DNA of 64,000 bases from Octopus sinensis. Its lineage: Eukaryota. Below are positions 52,901 through 64,000 of the stretch, in pieces. A program made the translations under genes and the position numbers. How positions within the stretch are numbered: the first letter of the stretch is position 1; each line of letters opens with the position of its first letter. The stretch is taken from positions 128,092,001 through 128,156,000 of the forward strand of contig NC_043000.1 in NCBI RefSeq assembly GCF_006345805.1, written 5' to 3'. A model generated the notes under the pieces. That model was given only the letters and a program-made list of their open reading frames with translations. It did not search any database and was not told the origin of the DNA.

Positions 52901-55900
52901 TAAACAGAACTTCATTAACTGATCCTATGCAAGCATAATATTTTATGAGAGTTGTTTGAGTTAGTCTTTTTGTTAGCGATAATTATTTCCAAGTACTTTC
53001 TTACAATACTTTGTCTTCAGAACATATTAAATAATACTTTGGTAACTTTTCTTTTAAAATACTACTTCTTAATGTGGCCAACTTGCACTTCAGTATTTGC
53101 TTAAATTTTAATACTCAGATCAGTGATAGTTTCTCCTTAGATCTCCATCCATTATCTGTTGAAATAAAGTAAATGTCCATGTTCGTTTTTACTGTCTATA
53201 TAAAATTGCTAATTGGGTTTCATGTTGAGCTTCTAAATGTTGCATGTGAGATGCAGAAATTGATACAATCTGGTTGGTCTTGTCTAATTTATTTGAGTTG
53301 CATTGCCAGGTAAATTTTAACGTGTACTTTTAACTGAAGAAATTAAGTAACTTTCTCTATGCGAAGCCTTGTTGCAGTTTATTTAGATTTTATACAATTC
53401 TGTGTGTAATAATCAAATGTAGACATAAACAATATCTTGGTAGACAAATATTAAAAACGAAAGATCAATCCAATACTGGGATTTTATCAGTATCTGCATA
53501 CCCCACGCTCTCTTTAACTGATCACAGCAACACTACTTATAAACCTTCTATTAAGGACTGCAGTAATTCCGATTAACCAATTTGTATACTTAACACTTTA
53601 TTGATAGCTTGTTCAATCAGTGAACAGCCAATATGTTTACAGTATTTTGTTTCAATGCTCTACAGTACTACATAGTGAATGTATAGGTTTTAGCCAACAC
53701 TATGTAGTCAATGATGTATGGACAATTGAAACAAAGAATTGTTAATATATCAGTAACTTATTAATTGAACTATGCAGATTGGTCTAGTAATAGTGATACA
53801 TTCATAAGCAGTAGACAGTTGAAGAGGATCTCAATTGCTAGGGGAGTCACCACATGTTCAGCTGATCTCTATATAGTACATTATAGCATTGAAACAAAAC
53901 TTAATGCATCGGTACTATGTTAATCTATAACATTGCTAAGCATCACTTTCAGTTGTGGTCACTAGTGTTAGATGTTTTTTCCATCACAATGTATTTTACT
54001 GAAGCTTATTTATTGAGTTGACATTACGTTTCTGAGAGAGTTGTCATTAAATGGGATTATCTGTTTATGACTGCTCCCAGAATTGGTTCACTGTGAGTGC
54101 ATTGTAACATATCTATTATATCCAACCAAAATGGAAATAGTGATTAGTTGTGGCTTCATCTTGGTTGTTATTGTCAGTGTTTTAGTTAATGTACTTTCTT
54201 TGTAATCCATGGGGTTTGATTGTTCTTAATCCATTGTCCATATCGAGAATATTCTCTTAGTTATTCTTCTATTTGTTACACTGCTGTTTGATGTACTTCA
54301 GTTTTTATCTCTGATTTATACAGTTAGAGATATATGAAAGCTTAATGTATGAGAAACTAACTCAAAGGTAGTTGAAAAGAATGAGTATATTCAGGAATGG
54401 TGATGAAGTTAACGAATGAGATTTTATCCAAATTGTCAGAACTACTATGGAAGGAAATTTTAATTTAGCATTGTGGGTAAGTTAAATTAATGACATTGAA
54501 ATCTCATTGTAGGACTGCCAAGATCTTCCACCACCAATTGTCTTCGACTTGGAATCTGATATTGACCTACCACCTTCAAAAGATAATTACTTCATGAATG
54601 CTGATGTTCAAAATTTACTGGTTAAATTTTTAAAGCAATATTATTTAATATATGACTCAGATAACAGACAAGCATTAGTTGATGCTTATCATGATCAGGT
54701 AAATATTTTCAATATTTGTACATTGCTCTTAACTATATCTTTACTTTTGACATAATGAACCAAATTGAGGGGAAAATATGTTCTGTTACAAAAATTAAGT
54801 CTATTTTTACTGAAAGAAAATTTCAGACAAATGATTAGTTTAAAATAAGGCATAGCCTAATAATTCAGGTGTTATGTTTTCAAGCTAATTTTGTAACCAG
54901 AATAGCATTGAGTTCTTGGGCAAGATATTTTTGAAGAACTCAATTTCTCTCTCTCTCTCTCTCTCACACCAAAATATCAGGTTACTCTCTTATGAATGAC
55001 TTGATTCATGCAAATATCTGTTTTACTTCACTTGTGTATATTCATGGATAATAAATGCAAAATCATTCTTAAACATTTGTATTGTAATCTATAGTGTATA
55101 ATTATTGGAATTTCAAATATAAAATGAAGTATAAATATATTGCAAAATCTTAATTTCATAATGAAAGGATTAGTGAGTTTTGAATTAGATTTTCAATTCA
55201 GATGTAATTCAGTTTGAATTGAAAGTCTTTCAATTCAAATTTCTTTTTTTCTGAAATGATTTGAAAGGAAAATTATATTTATATAAAGTGTGTTCAAATG
55301 AAAATTACGGTGAAAAGTTGTGTGAAGTTATAGAAATTAGTTGAAGTGAAGAGATGAATGAAGCTACAAACATTACTTGATTATTCTCTTGTTCTGAAGG
55401 CCAGGTAGTCCAGAAATTTCAAATTCTATTTTCTATTTCAAAATAAGACCAAGATTTCCACTGATAAGAGGAATCTAGAATTTGAAATCATTTATATTGT
55501 AAATGTTTCTTTAAAAAAAAAACCTTTTTCATTCAACTGTTTCATTGTAGGAGATGTACTTGCATAGTGAGTGACTTGATCTGAGATCGTGTGCTGGAAC
55601 GAAAACAATTGCAGTGTGGAAGGTGTTTATAAGCCATTTAAGAAACACACAAAACCGTTAGATTCACTTCAACATTTAAATTTAATTTGTCAAAATATTT
55701 TTGTCACTTTGAGACCGCGACCTGTTCACTGACAAAGCTTCGTGCTGCATCTCAGCTTTGTCAGTGAACAGGTCGCGGTCTCAAAGTGACAAAAATATTT
55801 TGACAAATTAAATTTAAATGTTGAAGTGAATCTAACGGTTTTGTGTGTTTCTTAAATGACTTATAAACACCTTCCACGCTGCAATTGTTTATTCTATTAT

Positions 55901-58900
55901 ATTAAATTTCTAAATATCTCAGAGAGATATAAGCAGTGGTGGAACGATAGAGCAGTTGTTTACTGTCAACTTAATGTGACAGTCCCATAGAGGGAATCAC
56001 ACCACTGCTATTTAGCCCTAGGAAGCATCAACGCTTCTTTTGAAATACATTATCTTTGTTTCATTTAATTTTGAAACCATGAAGAATTTAGTAAAATAAC
56101 TTTGTCCCTAATAAGCTGGTATTTGGAACAATTTACCATTTGAAGTAATTTAGATCACTTTAAAACAGGCAGTTTGTATCAAAAGGTGATCTCAAGCAGG
56201 TTGGTGTCAAGCTCTATTACATAGCAATCTGTTAGGATCTTTTTATGAACACTCAAATCTTGATTTCTTACTTCCTTGAACTGTTAGAATTATTAAATAG
56301 CCAGTAATTTCTCTCTTTTTTTTTTTTGATGTCCTGTAAAATTTTTAATAAATGTCTTTTTACTTGTATTCATCTGAGATCATTAACTTCCATTTCTTTA
56401 CAGGCTATATTCTCATTTGCATGTATCTTCAACCGTGCACTTGGCAAGTATGTACATTTTGTTCCTTTTATTAGTAGTTGTGCACATAAATCATTTCTTT
56501 GTACATTTTTTTCAGTACTACCTTGCGTGTGATCTACAATTTAAAGGGAGATTACTTTTTAGTTTACTTTTCAATTTCTAAATTATTTTAATACTTTTGT
56601 ACATACTGAGCATTGTAAACGTATTTTTTCAAAATTCTTACTATTTTAATAACAATAAAACTGTTTCATTTATGTCTTAGTGAAGAATATTAAGAAATCA
56701 AGAATAAACAATATAATAATTAAAATAAGTTCATAGATTACACAAGTTTGGCAGCCGTGTTCATTACTCCACCGCACTCATGACTTAGTGCAACATTTTC
56801 TTCTTCAACTAAAAGTTATTTTTGCATAAAAATGCAACTGCCTTTGTCTCATCGCTGATCACATTGTAAAAGTCTTTAGCCAACAACTTAAGGGTTTTTA
56901 GAAATTGGAAAGTAAACTAAAAAGTAACCAGAAGTAATTTTCCTTTAAATTTTAGATCACACGCCAAAGTAGCACCTTTATTTAACATGATAATGGTTGT
57001 ATTAGTTTGTAAAAACTGCAGTGTTGACCATATGGCACATTGGTCAAAACCAATGACTTGGTCATTTACTTGTACTTATATATTATTCCATAAGGTTACT
57101 AAGACTAACTTCAATGTTGTCAATATAATACTAACTGGGCACTTAACAATGAATGGTTGGAATTAGTTGCTTCTGAAAGTTTTTGTACTAGAGTTCCAGT
57201 TTTATAAGATTTCTTTGTAAATCTGTTCTTTTTAGATGATGTGTTCTGTAGGAATTAATTTTTCTGGCAATAATTTACCTTCACCAATACTCTACCATGT
57301 TCCCTGTTAAAAGTGCATCTATCATATTTGTGACTTCTCTGATTTCTTTCAGGCAGCCTTCATTGAATGAATACATCAGTGAAAGTAGGAATCTACTCAA
57401 ATTAAATGCTGGTAAGTTCTGAATCTCAGTTACTTTATTAGATTTTAGAGAATTGTTTTCCTTCTGTTATTTATTATTGATCTAATATTTGTAATCTGTT
57501 TTGATTACAGGTCGACGCGATAAACACTTAAAGGTTGGACGGGTTAATGTTGTTTCACAGCTTCGGTTATTGCCAGGAACACAACATGACCTTAATTCAT
57601 TTCACATTGATGTTCAACACCTATCGGTAAGAATCACCATTTGTTGACTAATCTGTGTAAAAGATGTGTTTATATAAATATCAGTCTATACTAACTTCAT
57701 TTTCTTCATTACTTTTAATATAACGGTAAGTGCAAAAAAAAAAAAATCAAAGCAAAACATTTTAACTGTCATGACTTATTTCTGTTTAATCCTTTAGCAT
57801 TTAGATTATTCTTTCAAATGTAATGTTTATTTATTCACATTCCTTTGAATTAATTTGAGCATTATCTTTTAGCTTCAGGATTTCGATGATGTAATATTTT
57901 ATTTTTAGAATGACCTTGTAGGGCAGGTGTGAGAGGCCCTATCTGGCAACTTTGAACATAAAAGAGGTAGAATAGTTTTGCCAGATATGGCCAGTTTAAA
58001 TGCTAAAGTGTTAATTATTCAAATTATAAATCAATAATGATCAACATTCCTAATACATACTTATCTACAATTAAATAGTATTCCTTAATTTTTTTTTCTA
58101 ATGGCATTTTACTTTTTTCTTAATTCCGTATCTAATCAATTTAAATTTTTTCCTTTTCTTTCAGAGAACATTGCTTATTTTCAGTGTTTTTGGAATTTTT
58201 AAAGAAAGTAAGTAATTTATTATTGCTCGTTTGATAAAGAAAATACTTAAAATTCCATATTCTTGGTTAGTTTACTTTTTGCTTTGAAATTAGTAAGCTT
58301 CACATACTGTCATAATTTAGGAGGGTCAGTATATCAGAAAAATATCCAGATCAATTTTTTAGCTGCAAAAGTCTATAAACTACATTCTCTTCATGTAATA
58401 TCTAAAATTTTTATTATATAAACAAAAATTGATAGAGGAAATTTTATTAATTGCTTTTATGTACCCATATTGAGAGGTCTTTTCAAGGTAAATAATGCAG
58501 AATTTGGCATTCTAACAAAACATCCATGTTAAGTTGGATATAAGGATTACTTTTTGGTTATAATTATCATTTTTTAAGTGTATGAGAAATTTTGCATAGA
58601 GTTAGGCATTTAGTATGAATTAAAAATTTTTTTATATTTAGGCTCATTTTATGTGCTGCTATAATGTAATATTATTTAGTGATTTTGCATTAACCTAATA
58701 CACACATTGTTTTATGTTTTACAGCTGAATCAAAAGGGGAACCTCCAATTCGTACATTTAGTCGAATGTTTATTACAACCCCACAGCAGGATGGGTAAGT
58801 CTAACCTTCATTCAGACAATATATCAGATTTTTAACACTCATCTTAGCTAGTTATTAATTAATTAATTTGAAAATATTCTTATAAACCTATACTGCAAAA

Positions 58901-59466
58901 TATTTCTTAAAATCTAACCTAACTTTTTGCTTTCCAAATGATTAGTTGATTCCACATAGCTAAAAGAATTAGTCGCTTTTGCCATGAGATACTTGCTTAT
59001 ATATATATATATATATATATATAGATACATACACATGAACTTAGAGATTTGAGAATCATAGAATTTGTTTTTTCTCAGGAAAAAGATTATTGGAAGTTTT
59101 CTATTGGTGTGCTGGGAAAAAAAACTAGCAAATAGCTTGTACAATTAAACGTAATATAATTTACCTTCTAATAGCCTCATTTTGCAACTATATTGGATGT
59201 TTCCAAATGTAATTGCAGTCTTCAAGCAAAGTTCTTGTTAGATATTTTACAGTAGAAATTTGATTTGAAACTGGTTTCAAATGGTTTTAACCACATGTTG
59301 ATTCATAAACCCTTTTGATATGGACCTGCCTGAGACCCCCTCCCCCACTTCTTTAATATCTTTGTTTCAAAATATTGTAAATTAAGACTAAACCCAGTGA
59401 AATTTCATGTTAATTTAATATTCCAGTTACCAACTCAGTAAGTTATATATTCAGGCATTTGTTGCT

Positions 59467-59506
<40 letters not shown>

Positions 59507-62180
59507 CATATTTATTTGTTATTTGTATTTATATAATTTCAGTATTGTCATAGTGAATGACATGTTGACAATATCTAATGCCACTTCTGAACAGATACAG
59601 GTAATCATGCTATTTTCATGTCATTTATTTATTGATATATGTAAGAATGGATTGTTTTTTTTTTCTGTTTAGAAACTTATTTCAGTGTTATATTAGGATT
59701 ATATTATGTAAATATTAAATAAAAAATATAAAGATAAATTTAATTATGTAGCTTCATCACCCATCATCATATTTATGAGGGAAAATACCCAAATTTTGTA
59801 CAGGTGTAAGTTCACATAATTTGAAAATATAAAAATAAAATGAAAAATATGTTCGAAAACAGCTGAATTATGAGAATAATGCTGGCCTGTATGCAATTAA
59901 TAATTTAATTAGTGAAATCACATTTATGTAGTAATAATTTACATTGATATTAGGACCAACACAATTATAATCTTCATCAAAACACATTAACATCATCATA
60001 ATTGATAAAGATGATGATAGCTGTGGTCTAGTACAGTATGTAAAAATAGAACTTGAACACCTCACTCTACCTCTGTCAGTGTTGTGTGTGTCTGGTCAAG
60101 AGGCGGTCATGACATGAAAACGCCATCTGCTGCCATTGGCAGTGGCAGGGAGTTGCAGGAAAGGGTATGGGGTGGTGAATATGGGTAGGAAAATCTGGTT
60201 GATTTTGATAATGAATGGCTTAGTGTGAAAAAAATGAGGGTTTCTTTATTACATGGAAATTTTAGCATCATATCTGGCTTAGTTTATAAAAGGCAGATGT
60301 ATTATGTATTTTTGTATCTGTTTTAGCCTGATTTTGCTTTCTATTGAGATATCTGATTGTTGAGATATCTGGACTATTTAGAGCTGTTTTTATTATAAAT
60401 GTTTAAAGATTTGATTTTATGTATAAAATTATTTTGGCATTCATCTCCTAAAAATTCACATGGTTGATTTTCTTCCTGAGCTGATAAATCTGCTATCAGT
60501 AACATTACAGGAGTTAATTCTTTCAGCAACTCAATGCTTTTTATATTTTGGGACTGTTGATATCATCTTTGGTGTTTGTACATTTACTTTATCGGGTCTA
60601 GTTTACAAATTTCTTTATATGCAATATGAGAGGACTTGAAAATGGCTAGAGGTTAAACTGTTAATCTTCTGAGCCCTTAAATTTATTTGTCTGTTTGGTG
60701 TCATGAGATATGTAATCTAGCCTTAAATGCTAAACAATTCATTTCAAATGTAAACTTCATCCTTTAATCTCCAAAAATTGTCTTTGTGCCTACTCAAAAT
60801 AAGTAATTTTATTATCTTTATTTTTAAGTCTGCCTTCAAGACTCCTGCACCAACACCTTCATCCAGTCCAACACAAGGAGGGTCTGCTTTGGTTGAAACT
60901 GTCAATACACCTCCTGCTCCTCTCACTCTCCCAAATGCCACAGCTGCGTGCAATGTATCATTAACAGAAATCCAGAAAGAAATGGTGTCACAGTTTTCAG
61001 TCCAGTCAGAAATGAATGCTGAATATTCATTGCAGTGCCTACAACAAAACAATTGGGAATATGAGAAAGCTGCACAAGTCTTCCTCAACCTCAAGGTAAA
61101 TTTTAATTCAGAATGTATGGTCATTAGGTATTTTGTTTAATTATTGGTTCAGATGCATTTCTAGGTTGGTTTCTTTAGTTATCCTGATAACATTTATAGC
61201 ATGTTTATAGAGGATGAGTAAATTAACTACTGTTAATTACTCTTAATTGTTGGCATTGGAAGTTTTGTTTATGTTTGGATTGTATGCTGGGTGTTGTATC
61301 AGTTTGATTCCTTCAAGTTCCTGGAGTTTACTTGGGGTTGTTTGAGCAGTATGAAGTCTTGTGTTGTCTTGCTGCAGAAGAGCTTGCTTTCTGTTTACCA
61401 ATATCTGATATTTTTGTTACACAATGGCAAACATCTGCTCCAGCTGTTCAGAGTACAAGTTGGCTTGACAATCTGGAACAGACACTTGAATTTATCCTCT
61501 TGCAATTCCATCAAACACAGAGCATCACCTTTTGTTTGAAATGCCTTTGTTTGGCAACAGTTTCCAGAAGCTGGTCTTTGTTTAACCACTGTTTATGCAT
61601 GACCAGATTATGGAAAAATATCTCTTGGATTATAGCTTTTTCTGATCCATGGTTAACTTCCTGTACTCACAAATCTTCATTAACCAAGAAGAATGGAAGT
61701 TTTGGTGAGAGATAAGAACCTGATATCAGTGTAGGATCAAAGAACTGGTAGAAAGATGGCTTCAGTTGGTGCAACATGCTTTCCTCTACTTTGGATGCTT
61801 GGCTGCATTTGTTGTAACTTGATAAACAACACAAATTAGTTACTGAAATATTGCAAACTTTTGACTTGACACTGTATTAATCAATTACAAAAATACCTTG
61901 ACTTTAGTGAAATTCTCGCTTTTAGATAAAGTGAATAGTGAAGTGATATTCCTTTGGGAGAACAGCAATGGATGGATATGGTAGTTGCACACATTTCAGT
62001 TTGCATAGTAATGCCATTGTGAAGAGTGCATACATGACCTGGTCTTTAGAACAATTAAAAGCTAGTGACATTGTAAGAAATCAGTATTAAGTTCTTAAAT
62101 TTGTTTAGTTTTACTCACACTTTGTTTTCTTTATATTTCAGACAAATGGCAAAATCCCATTAGAAGCATTCATCAAATGA
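20477..62180 (+). CDS. NXF1: Nuclear RNA export factor 1 (NXF1/TAP), 22 coding exons, 1929 nt, 642 aa
   Basis: All introns are GT-AG with consistent phases. The spliced protein has the NXF1 order: basic/acidic N-terminus, RRM (WYRVKIP), LRR (LVSLDISCNKL, LDELILEGNELC), NTF2-like (FLKQYYLIYDSDNRQALVDAYHD, IRTFSRMF, IVNDML) and UBA (SEMNAEYSLQCLQQNNWEYEKAAQVF, IPLEAF). Confidence 0.95.
24705..27400 (-). mobile_element. Degenerate CR1-type LINE in NXF1 intron 1 (antisense)
   Basis: LLISDFNYPNINW (endonuclease), FQSVFT, NYRPVSLT, IYMDYMKAFDSVPH, SGIPQGSVIGP, LYADDTK, LEDVQRRATKL; frameshifted; the 3' boundary is approximate. Confidence 0.9.
27400..29800 (+). mobile_element. 5'-truncated CR1-type LINE, GC-richer family, with two frame breaks
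   Basis: PTRHRSGQQPSMLDLVF, NYRPVSLT, SQHGF, LDFAKAFDSV, SGVPQGSVLGP, LFADDIK, LERVQRLAT, RRRRGDLI, LRGH; (TAAC)n tail. Confidence 0.93.
31690..31860 (+). mobile_element. SINE-like repeat; a second copy lies in the same orientation at ~33300-33440
   Basis: CTTTAGTCGAACAAATTGACCCCAGGA...GAGGACGTAAACACACTAA...CGGTTGTCAAGC is present at both loci. Confidence 0.65.
31985..32200. mobile_element. Small foldback MITE
   Basis: ~90-bp imperfect inverted arms AAAACTGAGAATGTGTCTGTATGTGTGC / GCACACATACAGACACACCTCAGTTTT, lying in TA repeats. Confidence 0.6.
32290..32358 (+). CDS. NXF1: NXF1 exon 2
   Basis: ttcag|..|gtttgt; DDKSRPFYKRSKWHGRGGRRNRK. Confidence 0.8.
34373..35210 (+). mobile_element. Internally deleted Tc1/mariner element
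   Basis: TA|TGAGGTCTGA left tip; long inverted ends (TCTGGACTGTTGCCATAGTAA / TTACTATGGCAACAGTCCGGA); decayed transposase RDGRKNVDSDERSG.. and EDLGMRCVSAKFVPKL. Confidence 0.8.
35294..35387 (+). CDS. NXF1: NXF1 exon 3
   Basis: cttcag|..|gtaatt; GGAGGANPRSHLDDEDDFQMGDD. Confidence 0.88.
36307..36380 (+). CDS. NXF1: NXF1 exon 4
   Basis: atcag|..|gtgagt; HVPYRKNHRKRP. Confidence 0.85.
36645..36950 (+). mobile_element. tRNA-derived SINE of a second family
   Basis: GTGTGTAGCTTAGTTAGGGT A-box-like head, TTCGATTCCC B-box, TAAGCAAGACACTTTA core. Confidence 0.55.
37091..37158 (+). CDS. NXF1: NXF1 exon 5
   Basis: tgcag|..|gtatat; RLKRLGLP..NNWYRVK. Confidence 0.88.
38319..39135. mobile_element. 817-bp foldback DNA transposon derivative with 8-bp TSD
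   Basis: GGATCTTTTCC...GGAAAAGATCC termini; CATTTATC at both 38311-38318 and 39136-39143; the arms pair almost to the centre. Confidence 0.88.
39304..39387 (+). CDS. NXF1: NXF1 exon 6 (RRM)
   Basis: tttag|..|gtgagt; IPCRQKLERNFIIREIESYINMPFQVSF. Confidence 0.9.
40685..40789 (+). CDS. NXF1: NXF1 exon 7 (RRM)
   Basis: ttcag|..|gtaggt; CFYVQDKVTADAIRQVDKKIMMPDGFK. Confidence 0.9.
41185..41256 (+). CDS. NXF1: NXF1 exon 8
   Basis: tttag|..|gtaata; LAVIVKPSCAPGLTLDDRTLDKLK. Confidence 0.88.
42185..42254 (+). CDS. NXF1: NXF1 exon 9 (LRR)
   Basis: tttag|..|gtaagt; LCLSERYDSSIKMLRLNSLYQDE. Confidence 0.9.
43303..43391 (+). CDS. NXF1: NXF1 exon 10 (LRR)
   Basis: attag|..|gtaaga; ALNRPQVMTNVVTIIKENIPE. 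Confidence 0.92.
43532..43998. mobile_element. piggyBac-like MITE with internal degenerate tandem repeats
   Basis: TTAA|CCCTCAGAACCCCA ... TGGGGTTCAAAGGG|TTAA; repeated AGATACAAATAC and CAGCCACTA units. Confidence 0.7.
45290..45397 (+). CDS. NXF1: NXF1 exon 11 (LRR)
   Basis: tgcag|..|gtaggt; LVSLDISCNKL..LKNLNLGKNT. Confidence 0.93.
45574..45883 (-). mobile_element. 3' fragment of the same CR1 family as 27400-29800
   Basis: Reverse complement of 29497-29800 with ~17 substitutions counted by eye, including the (TAAC)n tail. Confidence 0.92.
46468..46577 (+). CDS. NXF1: NXF1 exon 12 (the 110-nt cassette exon)
   Basis: cttag|..|gtaatg; LKSIEELEKIKDWKLDELILEGNELCNRFKDHSVYV. Confidence 0.95.
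50344..50556. mobile_element. piggyBac-like MITE (family of 1045-1248)
   Basis: TTAA|CCCTTTAGCATT ... AATGCTAAAAGG|TTAA. Confidence 0.7.
51959..52131 (+). promoter_or_regulatory. CTE-like RNA hairpin (candidate constitutive transport element)
   Basis: CC-GAUGAC-GGGUC / GACCU-AUACCA-GG internal loop closed by CUGUC/GACAG, CAGUUAC/GUAACUG, AGCU/AGCU and further stems. Confidence 0.7.
52779..52815 (+). CDS. NXF1: NXF1 exon 13 (the 37-nt cassette exon)
   Basis: ttcag|..|gtaagc; RTVRKKFPKVLKL. Confidence 0.93.
54513..54698 (+). CDS. NXF1: NXF1 exon 14
   Basis: tgtag|..|gtaaat; DLPPPIVFD..FLKQYYLIYDSDNRQALVDAYHDQ. Confidence 0.95.
55603..55890. repeat. Near-perfect palindrome with 137-bp arms and 14-nt loop
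   Basis: Arms 55603-55739 and 55754-55890 differ at 2 positions. Confidence 0.92.
56404..56447 (+). CDS. NXF1: NXF1 exon 15
   Basis: tacag|..|gtatgt; AIFSFACIFNRALG. Confidence 0.88.
57353..57411 (+). CDS. NXF1: NXF1 exon 16
   Basis: ttcag|..|gtaagt; SLNEYISESRNLLKL. Confidence 0.92.
57511..57626 (+). CDS. NXF1: NXF1 exon 17
   Basis: tacag|..|gtaaga; LKVGRVNVVSQLRLLPGTQHDLNSFHIDV. Confidence 0.94.
57786..58014. mobile_element. piggyBac-like MITE (family of 1045-1248)
   Basis: TTAA|TCCTTTAGCATT ... AATGCTAAAGTG|TTAA. Confidence 0.62.
58165..58207 (+). CDS. NXF1: NXF1 exon 18
   Basis: ttcag|..|gtaagt; RTLLIFSVFGIFKE. Confidence 0.93.
58725..58794 (+). CDS. NXF1: NXF1 exon 19
   Basis: tacag|..|gtaagt; PPIRTFSRMFITTP. 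Confidence 0.93.
59543..59600 (+). CDS. NXF1: NXF1 exon 20
   Basis: ttcag|..|gtaatc; IVIVNDMLTISNATSEQIQ. Confidence 0.92.
60829..61095 (+). CDS. NXF1: NXF1 exon 21 (linker + UBA)
   Basis: tttaag|..|gtaaat; AFKTPAPTPSSSP..QKEMVSQFSVQSEMNAEYSLQCL. Confidence 0.92.
62142..62180 (+). CDS. NXF1: NXF1 exon 22 (last coding exon)
   Basis: ttcag|TNGKIPLEAFIK* with TGA at 62178-62180. Confidence 0.93.
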   Translation, partial: TNGKIPLEAFIK

Positions 62181-62369
62181 AGAATATCTACCATTCATTT
62201 ATTTATGTACATTCTTGTAAATATTTCATACTCATACATTTTTTTTTTGTTAGTTTCCAAATGTTAGTACATGTTTTCTCTCTGTTGTGTTGCTGGCATA
62301 AAATTGTGTGTGTGGATTGCAATGTGAGCAAAATTTTGTAAAACTTCAAAGACTTGAACTACTATGAGA

Positions 62370-62387
62370 TTGATAAACGATTGTGTG

Positions 62388-62419
<32 letters not shown>

Positions 62420-62427
62420 TGTTTGTC

Positions 62428-62474
<47 letters not shown>

Positions 62475-62488
62475 TATGTATTCATGTA

Positions 62489-62524
<36 letters not shown>

Positions 62525-62749
62525 CACACACACACATTTGTCTGTGTGTGGATATGTATTCATATATATGTGCACATGCATATATGCATGTGTATGTGTA
62601 TATATATATATACACACACACATTTGTGTTGGTGTGTGTGGATAAGTATTCATGTATATGTACAAATGCATATATACACACACATTTGTCTTTGTGTGTG
62701 AATATGTATTCATGTATATGTACACATATCTGTATGCATTGTGTGTGAA

Positions 62750-62805
<56 letters not shown>

Positions 62806-62992
62806 GACGCACATAAGTACATGTGTATGTAATGAATATGTGCATATTTATAATTATAGATATATACATGTTTATATGTATACATTTGTATACATGCATA
62901 TATGTAATATATATATATAAAACATGTATGTATGTATATATATATGTACATATAATCTTTCTCTTTCTTTCTCTCTCACTTTCTATTTTTCT

Positions 62993-63083
<91 letters not shown>

Positions 63084-63090
63084 GTATATA
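62370..63090. repeat. Compound microsatellite (TA, TG, CA, CT)n downstream of the NXF1 stop
   Basis: Directly visible dinucleotide arrays. Confidence 0.95.
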
Positions 63091-64000
63091 ACATTTATAA
63101 AATCTGTGTTAGTATCTACCTGAAGTCTGGTGCTAGTCTGGAATTAAACTTTATAAGTATATATATTGATAATTCTAATCTAACTTGTAGGTTAAAAAAA
63201 AAAACGTTTTGTGGCATGGTCAATTAAATTGTGATAATGTCCTATCTTCACTGGGGTATAACAGGAAGTCTAAAAAGAACATCATGGGCATAGAGGACAC
63301 ACTATGTGTGTACATGTATATATTACCCCTATGCCGATATTAAAGAAAAAATCCTTAATTACAAGGACATTCTTTATGTATGTTTATATATATTTTTATA
63401 TACTCCAGAGACCAGTCCTTTATTAGAGATTTTCTGTTTTTTTTTTGTTTTTACCTATGCCATCCCTAAGGTGTTAATTTTTTTTCTCTCTAAATAAATC
63501 TAAGGTTTAGATCCCCCCTACTTTTTTTTTTTACATTTCAATATTCTAATTTCTGTTACCATAAGTGTAATGATATCTAATCCAACACCTGCTTGGTTGT
63601 TGTTAAATATCCTTTTTCTTTTTATTGTTATTTTTTCTAGTTTTTGCTTGTGCGCATTCTCCCTTTTCACTTTTTTAGTGCTGTAGTGAACAAGTGTCAT
63701 CTGTGGCCTGGTTATTGCTTAATATATATATATCTATCGGACGTTAAATGAGGATGATGATGATGATGATATATATATCTATCTATCTATCTATATATAT
63801 ATATATATATATACACACACCCATATATATTCGTGTATAAATGATTTTCAGTTTGAAATTTTGAATGAAAATATCAAAACAATTCTGTGTGTTATGGATA
63901 AGAGTTTATTGGATTGAAAGGAAGAGAGAAAGAAAAAGATTACAGCAACACATGAGCCATGAACTGTGTATATTAACATTATTAGAGTAATATTAAATTA

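Noticed and set aside
55575-55615. Hammerhead-like CTGAGA..GAAAACAATTG at the start of the intron-14 palindrome
   Set aside because: The core lacks the CUGANGA spacing and an NUH site; at best a degenerate relic
62264-63227. Many 90-210-aa ORFs, with similar ones at 12356-13261
   Set aside because: Translations of dinucleotide microsatellites (YI/HT/CV repeats)

Overview
AT-rich animal genomic DNA, probably a coleoid cephalopod such as Octopus (inferred from the repeat families and TA/CA microsatellite load). There are two divergently transcribed protein genes. The first is an RWD-RBR E3 ligase RNF14 with an uninterrupted CDS (minus strand, 6782-8152, 456 aa). The second is a 22-exon NXF1/TAP mRNA export receptor gene (plus strand, 20477-62180) that I assembled by hand into one continuous 642-aa frame. 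The rest is LINEs (RTE and CR1 types), SINEs, mariner/piggyBac/Helitron-like derivatives, foldback palindromes and microsatellites. Main discovery: the intron inside the conserved NXF1 110-nt exon / intron / 37-nt exon cassette (46578-52778) has a stop codon directly after the donor. It also holds a ~170-nt hairpin (51959-52131) whose internal loop matches the retroviral/vertebrate constitutive transport element (CTE) at 20 of 24 positions against my recalled MPMV sequence. This suggests a CTE-based NXF1 intron-retention autoregulatory system in a mollusc. Second: a minimal hammerhead ribozyme inside a Penelope-like palindrome at 11784-12063. No rRNA, tRNA gene or CRISPR array was found. All alignments and folds were done by eye.
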